Positions 38,645 to 47,917 of a stretch of 61,909 bases of DNA are shown here, piece after piece; the stretch's first letter is position 1; each line of letters begins with the position of its first letter. This stretch comes from a virus. Its lineage: Duplodnaviria > Caudoviricetes. The notes under the pieces are model-generated. The model did not search any database. It was not told the DNA's origin and worked only from the letters and a program-made list of their open reading frames with translations. The stretch lies in IMG/VR virus record IMGVR_UViG_3300007754_000342, positions 1 to 61,909 of that record. One strand, written 5' to 3'. The translations under genes and the position numbers were made by a program.

Positions 38645-39426
38645 GAGTATTAGTAGTTGGTGAAAATTGTCAAGACCAATTTATTTATGGTGACATAGAT
38701 AGATTAAGTCCAGAAGCACCTGTTCCAGTATTTGTACCAGAATATACACAAGTAAATGATGGAATGGCTAGAAATGTTGCTAACAACGTTGAGTCATTAG
38801 GTATGTGTATTAATACAATTACAAATAATGAACCTGGTAATGATATTATTAAAAAACGTTATGTTGATAAACGTAGTGGTCAGATGGTTTTACGAGTTGA
38901 TGAACATGATTATTGTGAACCAATTGATAATGTATTATTATCTACAATTCAAGATAATGAATGTTACATACAGTTGAGTGGTATAGTTAAAGTTGATGCT
39001 ATAATTATATCAGATTATTGTAAAGGTTTTTTGAATGAAGAAGATATAAAATTTATTTGTGATAATAATAAAAATGTATTTGTAGATACTAAAAAACACC
39101 TTGGTAGTTGGATTGAAAATGCAGATTTTATTAAAATAAATGAATTTGAGTATAAGAAGAATCATGAGTTTTTAAAGGGTAATGAACGTAAACTTATTGT
39201 TACTATGGGTAGTAAAGGTTGTATGTGGAATAATACAGTTTTTCCTGCAGGAAAAGTAAAGATAGCCGAAGTAAGTGGAGCAGGAGATACATTTATGGCA
39301 GGTTTGGTTTGTGGTTATTTAAATACAAATGATATTAGAAAAGCAATAGAGTATGCACAGAAGTGTACTGAAATAGTTGTACAAGAACGTGGGGTAACCA
39401 TAGTTGATAGGGAGAATATAAAATGA
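38641..39426 (+). CDS. RfaE/HldE-type sugar-phosphate kinase domain (PfkB family)
   Basis: RLSPEAPVPV, ISDY.KG, KINE.E, VSGAGDTF. Confidence 0.88.
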   Translation: MRVLVVGENCQDQFIYGDIDRLSPEAPVPVFVPEYTQVNDGMARNVANNVESLGMCINTITNNEPGNDIIKKRYVDKRSGQMVLRVDEHDYCEPIDNVLLSTIQDNECYIQLSGIVKVDAIIISDYCKGFLNEEDIKFICDNNKNVFVDTKKHLGSWIENADFIKINEFEYKKNHEFLKGNERKLIVTMGSKGCMWNNTVFPAGKVKIAEVSGAGDTFMAGLVCGYLNTNDIRKAIEYAQKCTEIVVQERGVTIVDRENIK

Positions 39427-39692
39427 GTACAAAACCAATGAAACCTTTTCCAGGTGCACCAAAAAATGAAGTAAAAGTTAATTTAGCAGAACAAGATACG
39501 ATGAACTGCGAAAAGTGTGGAAATTATTTATGGATAACGGCGTTTGTTATCAAGAAAATTTCAGCTATAGTTTCACCAACAGGTCAAGCTGGATTGGTAC
39601 CTGTTCAAGTTTATAGTTGTGGTAATTGTGGTGAAGTACCTAAAGAATTATTAGAAGGTAGTGGATTAGATGTCCAAGAAACCAATAGTTAA
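39423..39692 (+). CDS. Zn-ribbon hypothetical protein
   Basis: CEKC and CGNC pairs. Confidence 0.75.
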   Translation: MSTKPMKPFPGAPKNEVKVNLAEQDTMNCEKCGNYLWITAFVIKKISAIVSPTGQAGLVPVQVYSCGNCGEVPKELLEGSGLDVQETNS

Positions 39693-40143
39693 GAAAAAAG
39701 GGTTATTTGACCATATAAATGCAATAACAACAGTTCAGAATCAAAACTATTGGGAAGAACTATCAGAAGAAAATAAAAAAACCTATTCTACTTATATGGT
39801 TAATAGGTTTTTATCAATGAAAATCGAGTGGATAGATTTTGTTAATGATGTTCAAAAATATTGGAATGAATTAACACCAAGAGAACATTATAAAGTCTAT
39901 GCAGATATTTTACCGAAAGGTAAACAATTTTTAAAATACATAAAAAAGGATAAGGATATGAACTTACCAAAGTGGTTTATGGAAATATTCTGTAAACATT
40001 ATGAATGTTCTACAGGACAAGTTAAGGGTTACATAGAAACATTGTTATTGACAGAACAAGGTACTCTTGAAATACGGGAAGTTTTAACAAAATATGGTGT
40101 CGAGCCAAAAAAATGGCAAGAACTACCATTCGAAATACGATAG
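39670..40143 (+). CDS. Clamp loader small subunit (gp62-like)
   Basis: LFDHINAI, YS.YMVNRFLSM, LPKGKQFLKYIK; synteny. Confidence 0.75.
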   Translation: MSKKPIVKKKGLFDHINAITTVQNQNYWEELSEENKKTYSTYMVNRFLSMKIEWIDFVNDVQKYWNELTPREHYKVYADILPKGKQFLKYIKKDKDMNLPKWFMEIFCKHYECSTGQVKGYIETLLLTEQGTLEIREVLTKYGVEPKKWQELPFEIR

Positions 40144-40151
40144 GAGGTTAC

Positions 40152-40724
40152 ATGACCAATCTTGAAGAAAGAAACATAGGACATACTATGCTCATGAAAG
40201 AACTTGAGTGGGGTGTGAATACTGAAACTAATACAGTTTATATGGCATATGATTTTGATATGGATAATTTGTATACTATAGTTACAAAGACGGACAATAT
40301 ACTTAGACATCAAAAAGATGTTAGAAAACCTTTAAATATGATTATCAGTTCTTATGGTGGTGATGTTTATGCTATGTTGGGTTTGATAGACCATATAAGA
40401 AGTTTACCAGTAAAAGTTAATACTCATTGTCTTGGTGCTTGTATGTCTGCCGCAGCAGTTCTACTTGCGTGTGGAACTGGTAATAGAACAATGAGTAAAC
40501 ACTCGACAGTAATGATTCACGAAGGTTCTGCATTTGAAGCTGGAAAAACATCCGATGTACTAAAAGGAGCAGACCATTTAAAACTTTTACAAAAGAGTAT
40601 ATGTGATATACTTGGAGATGTAACAAAGAAAACTTCTGATTTTTGGGAAGGAGTTTCTAAACAAGATACCTATCTAACGGCTAAGGATTGTTTGAAGTAT
40701 GGTGTCGTAGACGAGGTAGTTTAA
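40152..40724 (+). CDS. clpP: ClpP-family protease
   Basis: ISSYGG.V, CMSAA (Ser), MIHE (His), DTYLTA..C..YG.VD; GGAGG RBS before ATG 40152. Confidence 0.9.
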   Translation: MTNLEERNIGHTMLMKELEWGVNTETNTVYMAYDFDMDNLYTIVTKTDNILRHQKDVRKPLNMIISSYGGDVYAMLGLIDHIRSLPVKVNTHCLGACMSAAAVLLACGTGNRTMSKHSTVMIHEGSAFEAGKTSDVLKGADHLKLLQKSICDILGDVTKKTSDFWEGVSKQDTYLTAKDCLKYGVVDEVV

Positions 40725-40990
40725 TGAAAAAATGGAATAAAGTTAAAGGTAGAAAACATCCAGAAGATGAAATTTTATTATATTATGATAAACCAGTTTC
40801 ATTTGAGGACGTAGCCGTTATGTGTAAATTTTTTATGATTAATGAAGATAAAATATATCCACCACCAAGATTTAAAGGTGCGGAAATGTTTAAAGAATAT
40901 ATAAAAGAAGTTTTGGATACAAGAAAAATACCAAATAAAAATAAATTTCAATTAAACAAAAATTTAACTATTTTAGAGGAGTGTAAATGA
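40724..40990 (+). CDS. Hypothetical protein
   Basis: Coupled ORF (TAATG overlap). Confidence 0.7.
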   Translation: MKKWNKVKGRKHPEDEILLYYDKPVSFEDVAVMCKFFMINEDKIYPPPRFKGAEMFKEYIKEVLDTRKIPNKNKFQLNKNLTILEECK

Positions 40991-41364
40991 AAACTATAAA
41001 AGATACACCAACAGGTATTGATTCACCTGGAACAATTGTGGAACAAATGGAAAAAGAATGGCCAGAGATGACACAAGAGTTCAAGAAGATTCAACGAGAA
41101 CAATACGAATTGTTTCTACACAAACAACATGATTACGGCCCAGGTAATATTTCAGTTGGTACTCAATTACAAACACCTGATGAAATTAAATTATCACTTA
41201 CAGGGTTATGGTTCAGAATTAATGACAAGTGCCAGAGATTGAAAACTTTATTGATGGGTGGTAAACAATCAGCTGTAGATGAACCACTTGAAGATGCATA
41301 TTTAGATATATCTAATTATGGTATAATGGCAACAATAGTCAAGAATGGTAAATGGGGTAAGTGA
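40987..41364 (+). CDS. Nucleotide modification associated domain 1 (DUF1599-like) protein
   Basis: F..KQ.DYG..NI, R.NDK..RL, E...D...DI.NYGI. Confidence 0.75.
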   Translation: MKTIKDTPTGIDSPGTIVEQMEKEWPEMTQEFKKIQREQYELFLHKQHDYGPGNISVGTQLQTPDEIKLSLTGLWFRINDKCQRLKTLLMGGKQSAVDEPLEDAYLDISNYGIMATIVKNGKWGK

Positions 41365-41492
41365 TGAAACAACCTATAAAAATTATAGAAGAGTTAGTTG
41401 ATAAATTTCCAAATGATATGGAGCTAGGTGGAAAGGTTAGAGCTTATATACATTGGTTACGAGGACTACTAAAGGATAAACCAGATGTATAA
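41364..41492 (+). CDS. Small hypothetical protein (42 aa, not in ORF track)
   Basis: TGATG overlap; MKQPIKIIEELVDKFPNDMELGGKVRAYIHWLRGLLKDKPDV*. Confidence 0.65.
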   Translation: MKQPIKIIEELVDKFPNDMELGGKVRAYIHWLRGLLKDKPDV

Positions 41493-41604
41493 GTATGAAT
41501 GTAAGGCTGGAGTATATGAGTCTGATACTTTAGTTGGTTTACTATGGGAAAGATTCAAACACAGATTATGGCACTTGAAGGAGCATGGTAAATGGATGGA
41601 TTGA
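41485..41604 (+). CDS. Small hypothetical protein (39 aa, not in ORF track)
   Basis: Overlaps both neighbours; MYKYECKAGVYESDTLVGLLWERFKHRLWHLKEHGKWMD*. Confidence 0.6.
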   Translation: MYKYECKAGVYESDTLVGLLWERFKHRLWHLKEHGKWMD

Positions 41605-42989
41605 GAATATTACATTATGGTAGTCCAGTAAGATTTGATAGTAGTGGAATATTTCAACACGAATTTGATTCTAACTATAAAGTATTAGAAAAGACAATAT
41701 CATTCTTACCAGAATGTCACCACTATGTTTTAGTACCAGAAAAACATAAGATGCCTGATGATAGAGCAAATGTCACTCTTATCAAGTATCCTTTCTATAG
41801 AAACGCTTTATCTAATCGTTCAGCGTTTCATGATTCTGTTTTTAGAAATATAATAAATTTTAAGACACAAGATATAGATTTTGTTTTTTGCCATCAACCA
41901 GAGATGTTATATAATATCTTTGTAGCTATGAGTGATAAAAGATATGGACAAGTTGTAAGTAGATTCTTATTTTTTCATTGGGTTGATTGTCCAGGTAGTA
42001 GAGTATCTTCCGCGACACCACCACCATTTATGAGACAAATAGAATCAATAGGTATGGCTGATAACGCATTCTTTCATACTGATATATCGAATGATTGGTT
42101 AGCTAGAAACTTTCATAAAGGTCAACCAGTATCTATTGATATGAATTACATTAAAGATAAAACAAAAACTATGCCACTAGCTTCAGACCCGTTACCACCA
42201 GCAGAACCTATAGATTTACCAACAGATAAAAAGATTGTTGTGTTTAATCATAGATGGGGCCAGACTACTGGTGTAAATAGGTTGTTAGAATATTTTGAGG
42301 GATTGGAAGATGAATATATGTTGTGGAGTACTGATTGGCAAGCTCCACCAGAATATGTAGCGTCCAAATTGAATAGAGGTCAATATAGATACTTATTGGA
42401 AAACTCACATTGTAGTGTAAGTTTTGTTGATGGTTATATGACTTGGAATTTATCGGTACAAGATGGTATACAAGTTGATAAACCAGTTTTAGTATATGAC
42501 AATCCGCAAATGAGTAAAGTTGTTGGTGACAATTATCCATATACATTTAAAACAAAAGAAGAGTTTCAGAATATGATAAGAAAAATACCTGAAAAAAGCT
42601 CTTGGAAATTAGATAATTTTGAGTTAATTTTTAGGGAGAACTTGAGGAATACCATGCAAGAAATTATAGCTCGTGCTAGACCCAAGTTACCACAAGATGC
42701 TATGAATTGGTTATATTGTATACTAAATGGAGTGACCCAAAAAAGTCAAATAACAGAACAAGTACAACCACATTTAGCAGCCAATTCAACATGGCAATAT
42801 ATTCGTAGGTGGTTACTAAGTAAGGGTGTAAGAGATAATCCCAAGTTTCCATATACAAATTATGATTTATCAAAAAGTAATATTGACCAAGCTCTAATTG
42901 ATGAGTGTTTGAGTACGGTCAAATTGGAATTGAAAGAGAATAAGAGAAAAGAATTAACTTCAGTAGATAAAGAGGAATCTTGGTTTTGA
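41592..42989 (+). CDS. GT-B fold glycosyltransferase, candidate DNA base glycosyltransferase (paralog 2)
   Basis: Collinear with 32695..34146 (RILH..SPVR, DSNYKV, CHHYVLVP, HQPE, FFHWVDC, FNHRW, YMTWNLS.QD); ends EESWF. Confidence 0.7.
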   Translation: MDGLRILHYGSPVRFDSSGIFQHEFDSNYKVLEKTISFLPECHHYVLVPEKHKMPDDRANVTLIKYPFYRNALSNRSAFHDSVFRNIINFKTQDIDFVFCHQPEMLYNIFVAMSDKRYGQVVSRFLFFHWVDCPGSRVSSATPPPFMRQIESIGMADNAFFHTDISNDWLARNFHKGQPVSIDMNYIKDKTKTMPLASDPLPPAEPIDLPTDKKIVVFNHRWGQTTGVNRLLEYFEGLEDEYMLWSTDWQAPPEYVASKLNRGQYRYLLENSHCSVSFVDGYMTWNLSVQDGIQVDKPVLVYDNPQMSKVVGDNYPYTFKTKEEFQNMIRKIPEKSSWKLDNFELIFRENLRNTMQEIIARARPKLPQDAMNWLYCILNGVTQKSQITEQVQPHLAANSTWQYIRRWLLSKGVRDNPKFPYTNYDLSKSNIDQALIDECLSTVKLELKENKRKELTSVDKEESWF

Positions 42990-43852
42990 AATCAGTATCG
43001 TATAGTCAATATAATTTATGGTCACAATGTCCATTTAGATGGAAACTATTATATGTAGATGGTCTTCGTGAATTTACAGATAGTATTCACACAATGTTTG
43101 GTACTTCAATGCATGAAGTATTACAATTTTATTTACACATAATGTATAATCAGACAGCTAAAGAAGCAGATTCCATTGATTTGGAAGACTTATTGAGACA
43201 AAGAATGCAATATCATTATGAAAGAATAATGGAAGCTAATGGTGGTGTAGTTTTTTGTACTGAAAACGATATGGTAGAGTTTTATAATGATGGGTGTGTT
43301 ATTTTAGACTGGTTAAAGAAAAGAAGAGCTCAATATTTCAGTAAGAAGGGTTACGAACTTGTTGGTATTGAAACAGAACTAAATTATAAAATGAAGGGCA
43401 ACGTGGTGTTTAAGGGGTATATTGACCTCGTAATCCACGATACAGTTAGAGACAAGTATATCATCTACGATATTAAGACTTCAACAAAAGGTTGGAATAA
43501 GTACCAGAAAAAAGACAAAAATAAGACAGACCAATTGTTACTTTATAAACAATTCTATTCTGCTCAAATGGATGTTCCGATTGAAAAGATAGATGTTGAG
43601 TTTTTTATTGTAAAACGTAAGTTATGGGAGAATGTGGACTTTCCACAAAAGAGAGTTCAGAAAGTAATACCTGCTTCTGGAAAACCAAGTATTAATCGAG
43701 TATTATTGAACTTAAATAAATTTTTAGAAGAATGTTTCGATGACAATGGAGAATACTTAAAAAATACTATTTATAGAAAAGAGCCTTCTCAAAAAAATTG
43801 TAGATATTGTGAGTTTAAAAACAAAAAAGAATTATGTGATAGGAAAAACTGA
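42980..43852 (+). CDS. Cas4/RecB-like PD-(D/E)XK exonuclease with 4-Cys cluster
   Basis: SYSQ...QCP, FGT.MHE, GYIDL, YDIKTS, QL.LY, CRYC...C. Confidence 0.85.
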   Translation: MVLKSVSYSQYNLWSQCPFRWKLLYVDGLREFTDSIHTMFGTSMHEVLQFYLHIMYNQTAKEADSIDLEDLLRQRMQYHYERIMEANGGVVFCTENDMVEFYNDGCVILDWLKKRRAQYFSKKGYELVGIETELNYKMKGNVVFKGYIDLVIHDTVRDKYIIYDIKTSTKGWNKYQKKDKNKTDQLLLYKQFYSAQMDVPIEKIDVEFFIVKRKLWENVDFPQKRVQKVIPASGKPSINRVLLNLNKFLEECFDDNGEYLKNTIYRKEPSQKNCRYCEFKNKKELCDRKN

Positions 43853-44289
43853 TGCAGTTAGGTAAAGTTAGTTTAAGAATGAGATTAGAACATTTCTTAG
43901 ATAAAGATGATAAAAGTGAAATTCTAAAAGCTTTAGAAAATTTGAATCTGAGTGGTACACATATGATTCAATTAATACTTTGGTTCGATGAGGAAAATAC
44001 TGAAATTAATTTGAAAGATGCTATAGCTTCTATTGAAGATGGACACCATTGGAAAACTAAGATTGTATCTAAAAAGTCAATGAATCCAAATGATTTTGTT
44101 TGGTTTGATATGAGATGTCACAATGATAAAGATGTAATCCCATCCAATTGTAGATTTCAATATAATTATGGAGATACAAATCAGATAGTTAGTGGTATAA
44201 GTAAATTTTCTGATGCTATTACCTTTTTTAATAATCAACCACCTAAAGAAAAAAAGGTTGAAAGAAAACAGAAGAGGAATGATTTATGA
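43852..44289 (+). CDS. Hypothetical protein
   Basis: Coupled 145-aa ORF. Confidence 0.7.
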   Translation: MQLGKVSLRMRLEHFLDKDDKSEILKALENLNLSGTHMIQLILWFDEENTEINLKDAIASIEDGHHWKTKIVSKKSMNPNDFVWFDMRCHNDKDVIPSNCRFQYNYGDTNQIVSGISKFSDAITFFNNQPPKEKKVERKQKRNDL

Positions 44290-44687
44290 GAATAGGAATT
44301 GTTGGTTCAAGAGATTATTCGAATAAAAGAAGAGTACAAGAGTTTATTTTCGGATTGAAACAAAAATTTGGTGATAACGTAGAAATAGTAAGTGGTGGAC
44401 AAAAACAAGGAGCTGATGGATATGCTAAGAAATATGCATTAGAGTTTGATATGAAATATTCAGAATTTCCACCATCACATTATGCATATAATCAACATTG
44501 TGTACGACCACAATTTGAATATGGAAAACAATATGCAACATGGCACTACCACAAAAGAAACAAACAGATAGCTGAATATTCAGATAAAGTCGTAGCCTTT
44601 ATACCAAAAGGTAAGATGTCAAGTGGAACTATGAGTACTATTAAAGAAGCTAAAAAAATTGGGAAGAAAGTAGTTATAGTTAACTAA
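44286..44687 (+). CDS. SLOG-family (YspA/DprA-like) protein
   Basis: IGIVGSR, IVSGG..GAD..A, RN..IA..SD..VAF, S.GT..TI..A. Confidence 0.8.
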   Translation: MRIGIVGSRDYSNKRRVQEFIFGLKQKFGDNVEIVSGGQKQGADGYAKKYALEFDMKYSEFPPSHYAYNQHCVRPQFEYGKQYATWHYHKRNKQIAEYSDKVVAFIPKGKMSSGTMSTIKEAKKIGKKVVIVN

Positions 44688-44718
44688 TTATATATACATA
44701 TATATTATGGAGATTAAA

Positions 44719-44916
44719 ATGGAAGACAAAGTTAAATTAACTTCTGTAAAACTATTAAATGACTTGTATAAATCATTTAAACAAGAAAGTTTAATGACAG
44801 AATTTACGTTACAAAAGTTAATTAATAGATGCTTACATAGATATGTTAATGATGAGGATTTTCGTAAAAGAATACACGAACATGAAAACCTACAAATATC
44901 TGGGAGTCAATTCTAA
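44719..44916 (+). CDS. Small putative ribbon-helix-helix DNA-binding protein
   Basis: GGAG RBS; LTSVKL..DLY..FK then a helix pair. Confidence 0.55.
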   Translation: MEDKVKLTSVKLLNDLYKSFKQESLMTEFTLQKLINRCLHRYVNDEDFRKRIHEHENLQISGSQF

Positions 44917-45170
44917 TGATGCAGTTAAGAGAAGAAATTATTAGTGCACTTGTTCAGAAACTCGAAGGACAGATTGCATCACATAAAGTTAACATAGAAA
45001 TTATGTTAGAAAACACAGTTGGTGTTGGTGAACATCCCAATATCATAGAAACTATTGAGAAAGAATTAGATAATTTGTCTCAATGTGAAGACAAGTTATC
45101 GGTTTTACAAAAAAACTTTGTAGATAAAAAAGATAATCCGATAATTAAAAGGGAATTATTGAACGATTAA
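44916..45170 (+). CDS. Hypothetical phage protein
   Basis: N.VGVGEHP.I.E..EKEL motif; coupled ORF. Confidence 0.75.
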   Translation: MMQLREEIISALVQKLEGQIASHKVNIEIMLENTVGVGEHPNIIETIEKELDNLSQCEDKLSVLQKNFVDKKDNPIIKRELLND

Positions 45171-45189
45171 ATTTACTTAAAGAGGTTAT

Positions 45190-46581
45190 ATGTCAAAGAA
45201 GAAAATATTGTTATTATCAGATGATTTGAGAATGTCATCTGGGGTCGGAACGATGTCTCGTGAATTTGTAAGAGGTACATTGCATCATTATGATTGGGTT
45301 CAAGTTGGTGGAGCAATAAAACATCCAGAAGAAGGTAAAGTTGCCGACATATCAGAAGAGTATGGTAAAGATATGGGTGTTGATGACGCTTATTGTAAAG
45401 TGTATTCAGTAAGTGGTTATGGTAACCCTGATATAGTTAGACATTTGATGTCTACTGAAAAACCAGATGCAATCCTACACTATACAGACCCAAGATTTTG
45501 GAATTGGTTATATCAAATGGAACACGAGATACGACAAGAGATACCAATATTCTATTATAATATTTGGGATGATTTACCATATCCAAGATGGAATGAGAAT
45601 TTTTATGAGTCTTGTGATTTGATTATGAATATATCTAAACAGACACATAATATTGTAGAAAACGTTTGTCAGAATAAACCAAGAACAGATACGGATAATA
45701 CTTACATACCACATGGAATAAGTGAAGTAGAGTTCTTTCCAATGACAGATGAACAAAAAAATTCTGAAAAATACGTAACATTCAAAAATCAGTTGACGAG
45801 GGGTAAAGAGAAGGATTTTATTTTATTTTATAACGCTCGTAATATAAAACGTAAGATGGTTGGTGATATTATTTTAGCGTATAATAAATTTTGTGGTATG
45901 TTACCAGAAGAACAAGCTAATAAATGTTTATTATTAATGCACACAACACCTGTTGACCAACATGGTACATCTATACCTGCGGTAGTAAAGGAATTATGTA
46001 CATATGGTGACGTAGCCTTTTCAGACCAAAAGATATCACCAGAAGCTATGAACTTTTTATATAATATGGCAGATTGTACTATATTGATTTCATCAAATGA
46101 GGGTTTTGGATTGTCTGGTGCAGAATCTATTATGTGTGGTACTCCAGTTATTTTAAATGTTACTGGTGGAATGCAAGACCAGTGTGGATTTAAGTTAGAT
46201 GGTAAGTATCTTACATACAAAGATTATTCAGAAGTACATTCACTTCATGATTATCGTAAGTGGGAAAATAATGATAGATTAACTCATGGAGAGTGGGTAA
46301 AACCAGTTTGGCCAAGAACACGTTCTTTGATGGGTTCACCACCAACACCATATATTTTTGATGATAGATGTGATTGGTATGATGTTGCAGATAGAATTAA
46401 GGAATGGTATGATGTTGGTGCTGAAGAAAGAAAGAGATGTGGTAAGATTGGACACGAATGGGCGTGTAGTGATGATTCAATGATGAGTTCACGTGCTATG
46501 TCTCAAAATTTTATAGACCACATGGATACAATTATGAAATCGTGGACACCAAGAAAACGTTATAGTATTTATAAAGTATAG
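45190..46581 (+). CDS. Glycosyltransferase family 4 (GT-B)
   Basis: LSDD.R..SGVG, YIPHG, RNI.RK, SSNEGFGLS..E.I.CGTP. Confidence 0.9.
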   Translation: MSKKKILLLSDDLRMSSGVGTMSREFVRGTLHHYDWVQVGGAIKHPEEGKVADISEEYGKDMGVDDAYCKVYSVSGYGNPDIVRHLMSTEKPDAILHYTDPRFWNWLYQMEHEIRQEIPIFYYNIWDDLPYPRWNENFYESCDLIMNISKQTHNIVENVCQNKPRTDTDNTYIPHGISEVEFFPMTDEQKNSEKYVTFKNQLTRGKEKDFILFYNARNIKRKMVGDIILAYNKFCGMLPEEQANKCLLLMHTTPVDQHGTSIPAVVKELCTYGDVAFSDQKISPEAMNFLYNMADCTILISSNEGFGLSGAESIMCGTPVILNVTGGMQDQCGFKLDGKYLTYKDYSEVHSLHDYRKWENNDRLTHGEWVKPVWPRTRSLMGSPPTPYIFDDRCDWYDVADRIKEWYDVGAEERKRCGKIGHEWACSDDSMMSSRAMSQNFIDHMDTIMKSWTPRKRYSIYKV

Positions 46582-46589
46582 GAGTTATA

Positions 46590-47915
46590 ATGAAACCATT
46601 AGTATTAGTTACAGCCCCAGTCGGAACAAGAAGTGGATATGGTGCACATAGTAGAGATATTGTACATTCTTTATTAGACTTAAATAAATTTGATGTAAAA
46701 ATTATGCCAGTAAGGTGGGGTAATACTTCAATGAATGCATTGAATATGGAAGACCCACGAGATAAAAGAATTATTGATTGTATGATGGATGGTACACAAT
46801 TACCAAAACAACCAGATATTCATATTCATATAGTTGTACCAAACGAGTTTAATCCAATTGGTAAACTTAATATAGGTATTACTGCTGGAATAGAAACTAC
46901 TGGATGTGTTCCAGAGTGGATTCAAGGTTTAAATAAAATGGATATGGTTATCGTACCATCAGAGTTTTCAAAAGATATTTTTATGAGAACTATATTTGAA
47001 TCTCAAAATGATAAAACTGGACAAAGGGGGCCTGACTTGAAGGTTGAAAAACCAATTGAAGTTTTATTCGAAGGAGCTGACTTAAATATCTATAAATCTA
47101 CCGATTCTTTTAGTAAAAGTTTAGTAGAAGAATTTGATAAAGTAGAAGAGAAATTTAATTTTCTATATACTGGACATTGGTTACAAGGAAATCTTGGAGA
47201 AGATAGAAAAGATACTGGTATGTTGGTTAAGACATTTTTAGAAACATTTAAGAATGTAAAAAATCCACCAGGTCTTATAATGAAGACGAGTGGTGCTACA
47301 TTTTCAATAATAGACAGAGAAGAAATTATTTCAAAAATTAAAGATATAAAATCTACTGTACAAGGTGAATTACCAAATGTTTATTTATTTCATGGTGATT
47401 TTAGTGATGAGGAAATGAATGGTTTATATAACCACCCTAAAGTTAAAGCTCACGTTTCATTAACACATGGTGAAGGATTTGGTAGACCATTGTTAGAAGC
47501 ATCTCTTTCAGAAAAACCAGTTATTGCTCCAAATTGGAGTGGTCATGTTGATTTTCTACACAAAGATTTATCAATATTATTACCTGGTAGTTTGAGTGCT
47601 GTACCACAAGGTTCGTTTCCAAAAGAAATTCATCTAAAGGGTTGTCAATGGTTTACTACAAATTATCCTTACGCTAGTAGAGTTATGATGGATGTATTCA
47701 AGAATTACCCAAAGTATTTAATCAATGCTAAAAAACAATCAATTTTTAGTCAAGATTTTAGTCTTGATAATATGACAAAAAAACTTGGTGAAATTGTAGA
47801 CAAGTATTATCAAGATATACCACAACAAGTTGATTTAAAATTACCAAAATTAAAGAAAGTTGCTGGTAACATAGAAACACCAAAAATTAATTTACCAAAA
47901 TTAAAGAAGGCTTAA
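46590..47915 (+). CDS. Glycosyltransferase family 4 (GT-B)
   Basis: SGYG.HSRD, EDRKD, HGEGFGRPLLEA, WSGHVDF. Confidence 0.9.
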   Translation: MKPLVLVTAPVGTRSGYGAHSRDIVHSLLDLNKFDVKIMPVRWGNTSMNALNMEDPRDKRIIDCMMDGTQLPKQPDIHIHIVVPNEFNPIGKLNIGITAGIETTGCVPEWIQGLNKMDMVIVPSEFSKDIFMRTIFESQNDKTGQRGPDLKVEKPIEVLFEGADLNIYKSTDSFSKSLVEEFDKVEEKFNFLYTGHWLQGNLGEDRKDTGMLVKTFLETFKNVKNPPGLIMKTSGATFSIIDREEIISKIKDIKSTVQGELPNVYLFHGDFSDEEMNGLYNHPKVKAHVSLTHGEGFGRPLLEASLSEKPVIAPNWSGHVDFLHKDLSILLPGSLSAVPQGSFPKEIHLKGCQWFTTNYPYASRVMMDVFKNYPKYLINAKKQSIFSQDFSLDNMTKKLGEIVDKYYQDIPQQVDLKLPKLKKVAGNIETPKINLPKLKKA

Positions 47916-47917
47916 TT

